A stretch of 64,000 nucleotides of DNA from Octopus sinensis (Eukaryota). Every line of letters begins with the position of its first letter. Positions within the stretch are counted from its first letter, which is position 1. The stretch spans positions 160,456,001 to 160,520,000 of the forward strand of contig NC_042998.1 in NCBI RefSeq assembly GCF_006345805.1, in the 5' to 3' direction. The notes beneath the pieces are model-generated. The model was not told the origin of the DNA. It did no database searches and worked only from the letters and a program-made list of their open reading frames with translations. Position numbers and translations under genes: made by a program. Shown here in pieces: positions 23,714 through 38,140 of the stretch.

Positions 23714-26700
23714 AACTGAGTTTCTGACATTGGACTGAGATTTATTTGTGGTCCAAAAATTGATAAATATTATCAAACTATGGTAGAAACAAAATAAAAG
23801 TAAAATATATAAAAGGCATTGATATTAACAGAGAGTATATTGATTACTGGTGGAATATTGCATTATTTTAGTGAAATTTGTTCATAACCTATGACAGAAT
23901 ACTGTATTTTATAGCAAAGCTTGTGTATGAACATTTAAAAAAAAATATTGTTATATCTTTATTGGAATTTTGGAAAGTTGCAAACAAGAATGTAATAAAA
24001 ATGAAGTTACTAAAAGACAGAAATCACAACAGTTTTTAGATTGCTTTTCTATTAATTTAATGAAGCAAATTTCACGGAAATCTGTGTATTGGTCTTCACT
24101 TACACAAAATTATGTTGTTTAATTTTGTATAAAGGGGTTACTTAGTACTCTTGTCACACGAATGCGTGCCACTATAAATTATCATGAAAAATTACAACAT
24201 TATTTACCAAATTGACTTGCTTACGAAAAGACAAATTATTGAATAGCCAAAATATAGCTGTCTGAAATTACCAGAGCACTTGAGCTTGTAGTACAATAAC
24301 AAACATTGTCATTGAAATTTAACCGTGCTACCTCTCAGGCCATATAATTTCACACTATTTTTGTGAATTTCAACAGCAGTCAATATTCTAAATACATTGG
24401 AAATGGAAGTCACAAAATTGATTTTGCTTTTCAAAGAATTTTATTATGTTTGAAAATATTAGCGAGAAAGAATGCAGTCAGAGGTTTTTAATTATCATCA
24501 CTTTTTTTGTATGTAGGTTTTGTATTTTTTTTTTAGTTTTTCTTTTTTTCTGTTATTTTGGTTAGTGAGGATGTTGTTTTGCTTGTTCTTTGTTGGATAA
24601 TGTGGCAGTGTAGGGTAGTGATGGTGATGGTGGTGCTGGCAGTGGTGGTGATGGTGGTAGAGAGTTGTGATTTTCAGAGTTGTTTATCTACAGTCGGAGA
24701 TCAAAGTAATATGTTGAGTTAAAGAATTGATATGCGGATCAATGAAAGAGAAATGGATGTTATCTGTTGAATTAGTTGGGATGTTTGTGGAATATTTGTT
24801 AAATGAGGCAACCAAAGTAAATAAAGTAAACAATAATTCAATCATGTTCTATGCTTGGCTAAAGTTGGTTCTCATTATGTGACTCTGTAATGTATGAGAG
24901 TGAAAGAGAGAAAAAGAGAAAGAGACAGGGAATGTACCCATTATCTCTGTGAGAGCAATTTATATTGGGTACTGCTATAAGTCATAGTTAGTGTGTTTTG
25001 CTGTTTTTTCAGTTTCATTTGAATTACATGTCTATACCCATGTTGTTGTAGTTGTCTTTTTGTGTGTGTGTGAGAGAGAGAGACAGAAAAGCAGGAAGAG
25101 AGAGAAAAGAGAGAGACAGAAAAGCAGGAAGAGAGAGAAAAGAGAGAGAGAGAGAGAGAGACATCTGTCTCAGGTACTTTTCACACAGCTCTTATTCATT
25201 CAGCACCCATTGTCCATTCTCTTCATATATTCATATCAATGCAGTCTTCTGTCTTGCACATTTTGACTGATGTCTTTTAATGTCCAGCAATTTTTGACCT
25301 CAGTTGTGCTCTGTCTTTAATACAAGTTAATATTACACTTCCAATAGATTTTACTCGACTCATTTCTCTCCGGCCTCTGAAGACCCTTTTATATTCAGTG
25401 CCATGCAGAAACACATTTCTTATATATGCTTCATACAATATCTTCTCTTTACTTTGCAAGAGAGAGTATTTGTTACCAATTGATGAATAATAATAAAAAA
25501 AAAAGAAAAACTCTGATCTTACCCCATCTCTTTCTCACTTCTGCTACTGTTTATTATAACTCACTAGCATTAATCATGTCACTTTGGTATCAGACATCAT
25601 CTACTATACCCTGAGAGCAGCTAAAAAATACTTTATTTCATAGACGAACCTACTGTGACTCATGTCACATTTCAACACTTAGTCCAATGTCTGTTTGCTA
25701 AAGATCCTGTGTATCTTTTGTGTATCCACAGCCATTGCTTGCTCTGAGTATTCAATACTGTGTTCCTGCTCACATCTTTCCTATATATCCAACAAATTCA
25801 CTTCTCAGATGGTCCTGGCTGTTTATACTATCTAGTACTTGTCAGTATTTTGATATTTACCATACTGTGACTCTCTCTCATTTCCATGCTTGGAATCTTT
25901 TCTGCAGCTCTTTGACAGAATATGCAATGAAAATCAGTTTATCTGTATATAAAGAGGAACAGAGTTCTACTAAATATCCTTCACTTTGGATATGGAGAGC
26001 CTTTTCTCTCTCAAGAGCACAATGACTCTGTCCCTACAAATATCAAACAAGCATTTTTGTATTCCACCATCTGTAGATAATCAAAATACAACTTAAAACT
26101 TCAAATACTCTACAAATATTAGTTCACATCTCCCATGATCTCTAGACATTGTTGAAATTGCATCCCGAAGGCTTGGCTTTGACAGCAGAGTGAAAAATAT
26201 CTCAGCTTTGATTGGTTGATGACTCTTTATTAAGCTCAAATAATGCCTACACAGGCATGGTGTTTGCATATCTTGGATAGTGGTGCAGCTAAACATGTAT
26301 GCACATGCATGTGTGTGCATGCATGTGCGTGCACACACACACACACACACACACAAATTAGACTTGCTCTGAAATAAGACCATCTGACTGATTGGTAATG
26401 GTTCACCCATCAGCATACAACCTCTGGTCAACACTCACAAAATATGCCTGAATTAGCTAGTTACATGCCTCTTCCTGAAATTTCCATCGGACACCCACCT
26501 CTTCTTTTGTCACCTCTGTGATGTCTCTCCTATATTTGTCAACTTACTTATTCCCAGAGTTTCAGCACTAGAATTCCATCTCCATCCACATTTCTCTTAT
26601 TTCAATCCATAAACTTACAGATGTTTAAAGTTAGTATTAATTGCAAAAGTTTCGTCTATCTGTGGATTCCTACAAATATCATTTGGTGCTGCTCATTTTC

Positions 26701-26932
26701 TCTCTGTAACTCAAAAAGAAAAATAAACAGAAAGAAGCTCCCATAATGTATCATAATGTGTGTTTTTTTAAATGACCAAAGATGGAGAAAGTGAATACTT
26801 CTCTATACTCTAAATACTTGGAATTTCGTGCCATTACCTATCCTGTTTACAGCAAGGTTATTCCTGCATGGACATTAACGAGTGGCAGAAGTCTCTCTGT
26901 CTGTTTGCCTGTCTCTCTCTTTCTCTCTCTCC

Positions 26933-26972
<40 letters not shown>

Positions 26973-27093
26973 GATAGCAAAAAGAACTTGAGTGTAGACA
27001 TGTAATTCAAATGGAACTGGAAAAAAGCAACACATAGTATCTGTGACTTGCAGAAATGTCCTATGTAAATTGTGATCAGAAGCAATGTGTACA

Positions 27094-27146
<53 letters not shown>

Positions 27147-29504
27147 TCTCTCCCTCCTTCTCTCTCATGCATAATTTTAACTTGTCTCATTCAACAACTA
27201 ACTTTCCCATTGTCTACAGAGCATAAGACTCTGATAAAATCCTTGTTCAGCTTAATGAATGTAAAGCGTGTATTTGTATAAATGGGTGCATGAACATGGG
27301 CATTTGTGTGAGTGAGCTTCACATGCATGCACACATGCACCCCCCTACACACACACATTCATGGTATTTTCCTCTGCTATAGAAAACAATAACCTTAACA
27401 AGCATACCACTCCATCCATGCTAGTATAGAAAATTGGCCATAAAGGCACATACACATACACATGTATGTGAACACACACTTGCATTCTGACACTTTCTCT
27501 ACCTTAATTCAATATTTCTAGGCTCTATATTTATTTCTTCATATTAATTACAACTCTTATTTCACTGTCATAAAGCATTGCACTTTTATTTTTCACTTGA
27601 AGAAAATGTCTTTAACACTCACACAAGCACCAGTTTGCACATCTTTCAGTTACTTTGCACCTAATAAACCAAACTGTCACTAACTCTTGTTTCTCATACC
27701 AGTTTGATCACTTGACTAGCAGAGTAATTCTTTTGACAGTTTATATTTTGAAGCTGGGAGCATGCAGAGTAGAGAACTTGGCACTTAGAAATTTGAGCAG
27801 TGTATCCCATTTTGTACTCATTTTCCTTTCCTGGTTAGTGTTCCTCAGAGAGGTATAATTGTTATAGCATCCATTTCATTTAAATTAGTTGACACAAGTT
27901 GTCAATACATAATTCTGATAGTGAATTATCAAACTCCTGATGTATTAACTTTGTTCAGTTGCAGATGATCTCTGAATGAGAAGACCTATGTTCAGAGGCA
28001 TTCTGCCTTACCACTCTATCTTCTTTTCTGGTAGTGTATATAGGACTTTTATTTTAAAACAGCAGAATATAATTTCAGGTTGAGCAATAACATAGAGGCT
28101 CTTTTGTTTGCTCATCTCATTTGATTTGTGTATAAGAAATAGATATTTAGTCAGTTTAAGTAATAAAATTAATGAGCTATATCTTGCAGCAAATCAGTTC
28201 AAGCACTTTTCAGTTCTTAGCTATTTATATTTACTGTTCGGTACACACTGCATTGGATGCATAAACAACACTGAGAGACCGCTTGTTCTCTCTGTAAATA
28301 TTCATAATCATTCCTTACTCTGATGGGTTTTGGGAGCACCATCTATTGACTTCTGTTCACATTACACAGCAAGTTTATTTTTCAGCTTCTAGCTTAATGC
28401 TACAAAGAGAAACAGTCTCTATACTTGCACAAGACATCACTGGCCAGTAATCTTACATCTCTTTGTAACTGCTCTATAGATGCTACATCATTCTGGATCC
28501 TAAGGACTCATACAGTTGATGAGTGATCTGCAGATGAGTGATGATTTTCTTGCTGGATAAGCTGTGGGTCTATTACAGATAAGTTTTCCGATGATGAACC
28601 ACTTGTCAACTATTACTAAAATACAGATGCTTTATCAATATTATGGTAGATTGGTTTGCATTTCAGGTGAAATGCTTAGAAGTATTTGGTCCATCTTTAT
28701 GTTCTAAGTTCATATTCTGCCAAGGTTGACTTTGCATCTCATCCTTTCAGAGTTGATAAAATAAATACCAGTTGAATGCTGAGGTCAATGTAATTTACTT
28801 ACCCTATCCCCAAAATCACTGACCTTGTGTCAAAATTTGAAATCAATATTATTGTGAATTGGCCGAACCATTTAAGTATTGGACAAAATGTTTTAAAATA
28901 TTTTGTTACAGCTCTTTATATTTGAAATGTAAGGTCAACTTTGTTTCTTTTCTTTATGGGGTCCATAAAATAAAGTTCCGGTCAAATAATGTCATTTAGT
29001 AGATTATACTTTCTCCCTCAAAATGTATGACTTCTTGCTAATTTTAGGAATGAATATTGTTATCAGAGTGGAATAATATACTTTGCTTATGCCAAGATCA
29101 GACTAGTTTTCTTACATAACCTCTTTGACAAGCAACAGAAGGGAAATGAAAGGAAATTTTGAATAGTACTTAAATGTCAAATGACCTAAAAGTCTATTCA
29201 AATATTAGTGGGTAGCAGAGAACACAAAATGGTGCAGTGCCTCTATCTAAATAACATAATTTCTCTTTACAAAATCAAGCAGACCTTTTAAGATATATGT
29301 ACAAAAATGTTGTTTCATGGTGGAGAAATATGTGAAATGAATGTGAAGAATTTGCAGTTTTTGAATATTATTTAAGTGTGTATAGCTTGTAAAAGAAACT
29401 GAGATCTAGAAAGTAGCCAAGCTTCTTTCTTGATCGGTTGTTTTGTGTTGTAGAGATGACTGTAATTGTTTAAACACAGTAACACAAATTAAGGATAGCT
29501 TTTG

Positions 29505-29705
29505 GGTAGAGAGGTGCTACAAGTTGTGGGGCTCTTTTTATGGAAGAGTAAGACTAGTAGGGTGGGTGTGAAGAGTTAAAATGGTACTGACCTAATCACC
29601 TTGTTAGGTGATTGGGTAAGATGACAAAGGAGTTAGATAGGGATGTGCCATGTGGTAGATCCAACCAAAAAAGCATGCCTGTTTTGATAATTGGATACTG
29701 AAATA
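29505..29705 (-). mobile_element. Penelope-like RT C-terminal remnant
   Basis: One frame reads LFQYPIIKTGMLFWLDL..HLTR*LGQYHFNSSHPPY*SYSSIKRA..LYPK, resembling PLE motifs FTxE..GxLxFLD, QYLxFxSxHP and GYP. Confidence 0.45.
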
Positions 29706-29789
29706 ATGTTAATGATGATGATGTTGATATTAATGATGGTAGTGGTAATGAGAGCAGATGTAAATATGTGTGGTTGAATTTAAAACCAT

Positions 29790-30000
29790 TTATCATCATC
29801 ATCATCATCATAGTTATTGTTAGCAGCATCGTCATCAACTTCGTTGTTGTCATCATCATCATCATCAGCATCATTACAACCACCGCTGCCACCACCACCT
29901 CCACAACTGCCACCACCACCTCCACCACTGCCACCACCTCTTCCACTACCACCACCACCACCATTATCATCTTTATCGTCCTCATCCTCAACATCATTAT
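29790..30000. repeat. Degenerate (CAT)/(CAC) trinucleotide tract
   Basis: Directly visible. Source of the poly-I/T/P/V ORFs. Confidence 0.9.
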
Positions 30001-31217
30001 TAATTTCATGTACTACTTTTCCATTGCTTTCAGAAGGAAGGAAAATAAATTTTGAACACTAGATGTTCATATTAATGATATTTTCCAAGTGTAGACACGC
30101 AAATGAAACCATTTGTGTAGTTAAGGTTGTGTGCTCTTTGTGTGAAGAACATAAAGTGTTCTCATAGAGAAATGTGTAAATTTAGCAAAATATGAAGGAG
30201 AGCTTTTAAGTGCTATGGAATTTTACTTTCAGTCATCTTCACAGTTAAAAATGAGTTACAAAATTTCTTTAATAACTTTTTTGTTGTTGTCTTTGGAAAG
30301 AAGAAGAAAAAGGAAAAAAAGTAATAGATCAATAGCTAGCCTCTGTTGTTTACAGTATTGGCCATTTATGCTTGCTGCTTTGACAAAAATAGATTGTTTG
30401 AATAAAGTCACGACTCCGGCTTTTAATGGGGCGTTAGCATTGGAAGCCTAAATGAGTTCCGGCAAATTACAAAGAATGAATAAGTAGTTTATTCACGGGG
30501 AAGAATTCTTTATAATGAACTAGGTATCATGTAGCTAAGGATGTATCATTAACAAAATTGTCAGGGAATATTAAGATAGAAAATGGAAAAACCTTGCAAA
30601 CTAGTGATAATTTATATATATAGTTTATTTTATTATTTATTTATTAGTTCGTTTTCTTTTTTATGCATTTATTTACTATTTTTGTGTTTTTCGGAAAGCA
30701 TCCACTATGATGTTAATGTTTTTGTACTGCCAAGAGTAAAAATACTTCGACCTGAAATTTCAAATTGGTTATTGAATACCAAGGTGTTGTTGATTATATT
30801 TTAATATTTATGCTAGACACATTCTCTCCCTCCCTCTCTCTCTCTTTCTCCCTATCTCTCTTCCCCCTTCTTTTATTTTCAGCCATGTGTGGATATATGT
30901 AATAAAACTGAGGATTATTGTGCATGTTTTTGTGAATGTGTGTGTTGTCTATGTCTCTCTATATGTATGTGCATAAACATTGCATGAAAATATTTCGTAC
31001 AAAATGCTTGCACAGTTTGTTCTGTTAATAACAATTTACAACAGATCATTGATGTAAGGTTATGAAAAGCCTGATTTGTTACAGAAACAAGCAGTTATTG
31101 CAGAAAACCACCACAATAACAGTGTTTAGCTGTTGTAGTAGTTAATTAATGTGGGAGGATATTGTGACTTGGGTCAGCATTATTGAGTGGTAAGCCCTAA
31201 AACAATACCCAGTTTAA

Positions 31218-31437
31218 CTCTTTAGCATTTAAACTGGCCATATCCAGCCAAAATATTCCTCCTGTTTTATATTCAAACTGACTAAATCTGGCATCTCACA
31301 CCTAACCTACAATGTCATTCTTAAAATAAAGAATCTCATCATTGAAATATTGAAGGTATAAGATGAAATATGATTAAATCAAAACAATATGAATGAATAA
31401 GCATTACATTTGACAGAGTAATCTGAATGCTAAAGGG
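31218..31437. mobile_element. piggyBac-type (TTAA) MITE, 220 bp
   Basis: TTAA|CTCTTTAGCATT ... AATGCTAAAGGG|TTAA. Confidence 0.88.
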
Positions 31438-33287
31438 TTAACAGTGTCACTTGGTATTTGACTGCCTGTAGCAAAATTCACTCTGTTGTAAGCATTCAAG
31501 TCAGACTTGACTCAAGCTTAAATTCTTATAAAATCTATTCCCAATTTTAGACCATGCTCCTGAAAAGCTTAACACAATGTAATAGACACAATTGAAGCTT
31601 CCATTATTACTCATAAAATTCCGTGTGTATATGTGTGTGTGTGAGTGTGAGTGTGTCTGTGTAAAAATACAAAAGAGTAATTATTAATCTATCTCTTATT
31701 TTTGTTCACTGGCTCCAACCTTAAGTCAGTAGCTTCCTCACTCTTTCTTGCTTGTTTTACTTAAAACTCTTTTCTACTCATTTCTGACTCTAAAATTCTG
31801 AGGGTGGCCCCCACTTCCCCAGAAAAACACAAGTTTAAATCTCAGTAAAAACCGAATTGTTTCTCTAATTCATGATATGCAATATGGATAGACTGTTGGT
31901 GATTATAAATTAAATTCAAGCAAATTTTTTTTCTTGTTTTAACCCGTTAATAATGATAAATTTGTACATGAAGTTTAATTGCATAATTTTCTGACTGTCC
32001 TACTTTGGGACACCATAAGTTGATTTGATTTGCAAATCACCAATATTCTGTTTTGTAAATCAAAGTGTTTGCCTTTTAAAATCTTATTGTTTATATTTTA
32101 ATATCTGATTGTTTATACAATGAAGTCTTCAGTTAATGTTTCACCTAATTTGCTGAAAATAATTCTTATATGCCTCTGTATGATTTTGTTTGTACAAGCT
32201 TAAAAAGAAAACAAAAACATGTCTATGTGTTGTAAATTCTCTTAGCATATTCATGCTGAAAGTACTTTTATTATGCAAATGTACTTCATATATAATGCTT
32301 ATTTTGATGAAAAAATTTACTAATGTGTCTAAGAGATGTTAAAATCATAGCAACACAAAACTTTTAAAGACTTTCAAAGAAACTGTAAATATGATTGTTT
32401 TGTAGGTGGACAACATTAAAGTATGGGTTTTCTCTTGTTTATTGCTCAGTTTTATTACAGACTTTTATGTATTCTTCCCTTCCTCAAATTATCTAACATC
32501 TGTAATTTTCTCATCTTTCCAGTTTAAAACACTCTATTGCATGTCATTTAATGCAGTTTTTAGGTTTTCTTTTTTACAAATACTCTTTTTATTTTCAAAT
32601 CATGTTAAAAATATTTGTCACAAAAATGTAAATAATGTTTGGGTTGTGAACGTTGTGAAAACAACAGAGAAACAAAGTTAATTTTAGAAATCAGCAATTA
32701 AAAAACCACAAAATATTTTCTAATGATAGTAAGAAAGACAAGAAAAGGAAATTTTCTGAATCAATCTTCTTGAAACTATTTTGGTGTTTTCATTAAATAA
32801 CAACAACAATAAAAAAGGAAGATAAAAGAAAGAAAAAGAAGAAAAAGTGGAAGAATTTGTTATCACAGTTCCAATTCCTTCTACTTCTATTGTTTATTGA
32901 AATGAGCATAAAAAGGAAGAGTGCTGAGAAAGTATGTGATCTTTCATATCAACTTCAATCTGTTCTTAGATAGTTATGAATGGTTTCATATCCTACATCC
33001 TGTTTAATCAACGAATAATGTCACTGCCCAGCCTTTTTTGATGTCCATGTTGGAAAAATTTCCCATAGAAACTTTACTAGGAAGGATTGTTGTTGTTGTT
33101 GTTGCTGTTGCTGCAGCCATTGTTGTTGTTGTTTGTTGTATTCTGAGTTTACAAGATACAAAGATTTTATCATGTTGGTTACATGCTAACTCCATTATTG
33201 GCTAGAAGTATCAAGACAGATATGACGTTAGGATGCTGGTCTAGTAACTGTGAAGTCATGGGTTAAGGTAGCATTCTCCTCAGATTA

Positions 33288-33522
33288 CAAGGCAGCAAGC
33301 CGGCAGAAACATTAGCATGCTGGGCGAAGTGCTTGGCGGTATTTCGTCTGCCACTACGTTCTGAGTTCAAATTCCACCAAGGTCAACTTTGCTTTTCATC
33401 CTTTTGGGGTCAATTAAATAAGTACCAGTTATGCACTGGAGTCGATATAATCAACTTAATCCGTTTGTCTGTCCTTGTTTGCCCCCTTTGTGTGTAGCCC
33501 TTTGTGGGCAGTAAAGAAGATT
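33288..33522 (+). mobile_element. Near full-length, well-preserved copy of the second SINE family
   Basis: AAGGCAGCAAGCCGGCAGAAACATTAGC..CTGAGTTCAAATTCC (B box)..TTTCATCCTTTTGGGGTC..GTACCAG.. Confidence 0.85.
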
Positions 33523-35257
33523 ACTTCTCGGTTTGACAATGAGATTATCTCTGATCCAGATTTGATTACTTGAAACCTTTCTTTCTAAAATGTCTACTTT
33601 CTACTTATTCTATGTAGGACACAATATTTAACAGATGTCCTCCGGGTATGCCTAGTCAGTAGGCTATAAGTTTAACATGTTATCCAGTTTAAGACTACAG
33701 CATTAGTTTCTGGGTGCTGTTTTAAGCATTCAGACAAACCCCTTGGTTTTCTCTTCATTCACATTTTTTTCCTGTAGATGTCCAACCTGAGCATTAGCTA
33801 CACCAATTCTCACCAGACTTGGGAAAAAAACTTGCAATGATCATATACACTGCTCTCCTCTTTCTGTGACTAACTTATCAAAATAAATTTGATGAAATTG
33901 TTTCTGGGTTCAGTCCCACTGCATAGCACTTTGAGCAACTATCTTCTACTATAGTGTCAGGCTTGTGAGTGGATTTGGTAGATGGAAACTGAAAGAAGCC
34001 TGTTGTGTGTATATGTGTGTGTGTTTGTGTGTGTATAGGTGTCTTTATGTCTGCGTTAGTGTGTTTATGACTTCATAACTTAGTGGTTTGGCAAAAGAAA
34101 TCATAAGTACCAGGCTTTAAAAGACTAGTACTGGGGTTGATTCATTCAACTAAAAACTTTGGCCACAGTCTAATGACTGAAACAAGTGAGAGATTAAAGA
34201 TAATTCCATCAGAGCTATTACTAAGAACTGATTCCTTTCATAAGTTGCTGTCTATCACTGTTGATGTTCTGCTAACACAACTTAAAATAGAAATTAATTC
34301 CAATCTTTCTCATGTTTTTTCTATGATGACTATCATCATCATCGTTTAACATCTGCCTTCTATGCTGGCATGGGTTAGATGACTTCACAGGAGCTTGTCA
34401 GGCAGAAGACTGCACCAGACTTCTGTGTCTGTTTTGACATGGCTTTTATGACTGGATGCCCTTCCAAACATCAACCATCCAGCAGAGTGGACTGAGTGCT
34501 TTTAATGTGGCATGAATATAGGTGAGGTCAGTTTTGGCTTTGTAATTCTTCATAAAATCCAATCCAAGTATTCATTTACTGCATGAAACATTTTAAGTAA
34601 AATTTTCTGTATATTTGTACCTTCTTGGATCCATTAGATGAGTGCTGGAAATTTATATGTACAATAAATGTGAGTTAAAAATTGCAAGCAGGCATTAGAT
34701 GCATCACTCAATGTAACTGTTGTGTAGCCTTGAATTTCGAAGTGTAACTAAAAAAATCTATTGTCAACTACACATCCTGACTTTCATTGGTTAATAGTAA
34801 GTCTGGTTATGTCTTTTACCTGTTACTTGTTTCAGTTATTAGATTATGGCCATGCTGGGGCACTGTCTTGAATTTTTAGTCAACCAAATTGACCCCAATG
34901 CTTTTCTTTTTTTCCTAATCTTGGTACTTATTCTGTTGGTTTCTTTTGCCAGACTGCTTAGTTACGGTTATGTGAAGATGTTTAGAAGTGATTGTGCAGG
35001 AATTTGAGAGGGACTGTAAGGATTAGAGTTTGATTCAGTAACAAAATGTGTCCCATTAGATGTAACTGATAGGACCTTTTAGGGTTGGAGTTTGCTGTAA
35101 ACAGCATACTGTCAACAAACCCATTGCACCTGCAGAGACTGTAAGGTTTGGGATCTGTTTTAGCAACAAAGTGTGCTTCTTGCATCCCTATGGTCTCATC
35201 TTTTAGAGTTTAGAGTTTCTGTCTTGTTATACAGGTGTTTTAGGGTATGATCTATAT

Positions 35258-35561
35258 CAGTGGTTCTCAACTGGGTTCCATATAAGTTTTGGTGGGGTCC
35301 ATGCAAGCAAAATAGTAAAATGGGGACCCACAGTAATATATTATGGGTCCATGAAAAAATTTTGCTTTAGATGTCTTTATTGCAAGAAACAGCAAGATTT
35401 CTTTCTCTAACATTTTACATAATTCAACTTCCACAAGTTTATGCATGAAAAGTGAAAAAAGAAGTTTGAAAAAAGTATCTATAAAACTACTTTTCAAACA
35501 TTGAATGGCTTTGTGGATCCACCAAAGGAGTACATAGGTAAAAAATGGTTGAGAAACAATG
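35258..35561. mobile_element. hAT/Charlie-type MITE, 304 bp
   Basis: TIRs CAGTGGTTCTCAAC / GTTGAGAAACAATG. 8-bp flanks ATCTATAT and ATCTAGGT (6/8 match, NTCTAGAN-like). Confidence 0.85.
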
Positions 35562-36154
35562 ATCTAGGTATTGCATGTAATGATGTGAAGGGTGTTGTTT
35601 TGTGTTCTTTAGAAGTGGTTATATTGCTGTGGATATGGATGAAAAAACTTTTGCATGTAAACATCGCATATGCTGATAGTGGATGCACCTGCAGCAAAGG
35701 AAGAACAAGAAAGTCTTTGGTAGTAATAATACAGTTGACCTTAGGGTAGGCCTGATACATACATGATTGAAAGAAGTGCTGGACTGCAGAGTCAATGAAT
35801 CCTTCTTCTCTGGCCTTACCAACTCCAGCCAAACTGTCCTACCTATGTGAGCATGGAAAATGGAAGTTAAATGATGATGATAATGATATCAATGTATGTT
35901 GTGGTTATTATTTCATTAAGTCTTCAGCATTTTGCTGTGAACTACTTCATACATAGGTTTAGTTTCACATTATTATCGGGATACATTACTCCAGTTCTTT
36001 TTTCTTTCTATTTGAGACAATTGTTTTCACATTGTCATCATCTCCCTTACACTGAATATAAATTGTTCACAGGATTAGTAAATGGAAAGTCAATAGCCTT
36101 ATTGAATAGAAAACTCTCTCTCTTTCTCTCCACTTGCATGTGCATGTGCACAGG

Positions 36155-36185
<31 letters not shown>

Positions 36186-37271
36186 CGCTTGTACATATAC
36201 ATGGAAAAAGCTCATATATACATACAAGTAAAATTCAGGAAATAAGAAAATGAGAAGCAAGTTGTGAAAGAAGAATAGTGACAGGGATGTTTAGCAAACC
36301 CTGCTGTGGCATTATTTTCTATGCTTCAGAGAACCGAATTAAATGAAAATGAGGGAGACATCATTCTCAATTCATGGATGATTGGTTTGTATTAGGAGCT
36401 GCAGCTAACCATATAATTCTTGACTTAATAACGTTTTTTTTCTTCTTTTTTTACAGTGGTACAAAGCCACAGATTTTGTGGAGATAGATACAGTTGATTA
36501 AATTGGGTATAATGTATTACTGGTACTTATTTCATTAACTCTTTCAGAAGAGAATAAAGATAATGTTGACACTGATGAGATTTTTACTGTAATCATAAAG
36601 AATGTTACTAAATACCACATCTTACCACTTCGACACTTTTTTTGTCTTCTATCTGTAATAATAATAATAATAATGATGATGATGATATTAGTTCTTTATC
36701 TGTTGTGGGTTGATGAGTGAGCTACATTACAATGATGGGTTATAAGAACAGTGGAATTTATGTTGACTAAAAAAAATATGCATTGGAAAGAAAAACAACA
36801 TAAAAAAGAGCAACAATCACCCTAACCCTAACCCCCAAAAGGCACATGTCTTTTACATGGCAGGAAATTACAAACAAAATGTGAGAATGGAATCATCCAA
36901 CCATACCAAACTCCTCATTCTCAAACAATTTTCAAAAAATGTTATATGGGGGTAGCACTTCCTTTTCCTATTCTCAAACTTCTTTTTTAAGTGGTAGTTG
37001 AAAAACTTGTTGAAGGTTTGGTTGAGTTGGAAAGTGTCAGTTCTAAATCCTCACAAGCTCATTCATTACCCTACCTCTTTTGTCATAGTCACCAGACAGG
37101 AAAACTTCCCCTCCTTGCTGATTGGCCAGATCCATATCACATCTTGCAACTGAGTGTTTGACATGATCCCACTTAACAAAAATGTTCAGACATTGAATGA
37201 GTGCATGTAAAATTGTTTCATTACTTTGTGTGCATCTTGGATAGGTTTGGATGATGACATTGCTACACCTC

Positions 37272-37694
37272 TCTTTACTCTTTTACTCTTTTACTTATTT
37301 CAGTCATTTGACTGTGGCCATGCTGGAGCACCGCCTTTAGTCGAGCACATCGACTCCAGGACTTATTCTTTGTAAGCCTAGTACTTAATCTATCAGTCTC
37401 TTTTGCTGAACCGCTAAGTTACGGGGACGTAAACACACTAGCATCAGTTGTCAAGCGATGTTGGGGGGACAAACACAGACACACAAATATATATATACAC
37501 ATACATATATATATATACATATACATATATACGATGGGCTTCTTTCAGTTTCCGTCTACCAAATCCACTCACAAAGCTTTGGTCGGCCCGAGGCTATAGT
37601 AGAAAACACTTGCCCAAGGTGCCATGCAGTGGGACTGAACCCAGAACCATGTAGTTCATAAGCAAGCTACTTACCACACAGCCACTCCTACACC
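37272..37694 (-). mobile_element. Full-length bipartite tRNA SINE (head, internal microsatellite, body, (AAAAGAGT)n tail)
   Basis: Minus head GGAGTGGCTGTGTGGTAAG..GGGTTCAGTCCC (B box)..GGCACCTTGGGCAAG (CORE-like). Other copies at about 8330-8610, 33905-34195, 48597-49100, 55222-55600, 61015-61375 and 62660-63055. Confidence 0.9.
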
Positions 37695-37899
37695 TCAACA
37701 CCTGTTGAGTTTATCTCAAACTGGCAAGTGCCTATCTGCCTGTTGCACAGCCATGTCAACAACTTTTAAAAGTACATAATCCTCAGCATAAAAATCCTCC
37801 AGAGGAAGTTATTCAGACTGTTCTCATCAACGTTCAGAATTAGTCTCACAGTATCTTCTCTCATACCCTCCACTAATCCACTAATGATTGCATTTTTCA

Positions 37900-38140
37900 G
37901 CTAGTAGAATGCAGTGGGCACTTGGCAAGAATCCAGATGCCAGGCACATTGACTGTGTATGCTAACATGACCTTTCTGTGTCCCATTTGAAACAAAATGC
38001 TCCTGATCTCCCCCAACTTTTGCAGCAGTTGCTTGAGCACCAAAATGGTAGAAGGCATTTGCTTAATTCCAGTCAATTCTTACAATACCAAGATGCTGTG
38101 GTGGAAACATTTTCATCAAAGAGCTTGAGAAAGTCTGAGT
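37900..38140 (+). mobile_element. Probable ancient RTE RT remnant
   Basis: SGHLARIQMP followed in another frame by DLPQLLQQLLEHQNGRR..QYQDAV, loosely matching WxGHxxRM..LPKQLLY..GxR..YKD. Confidence 0.35.

Noticed and set aside
33010-33215. Poly-Val/Ala transmembrane-like frame
   Set aside because: Encoded by a (GTT)n microsatellite.
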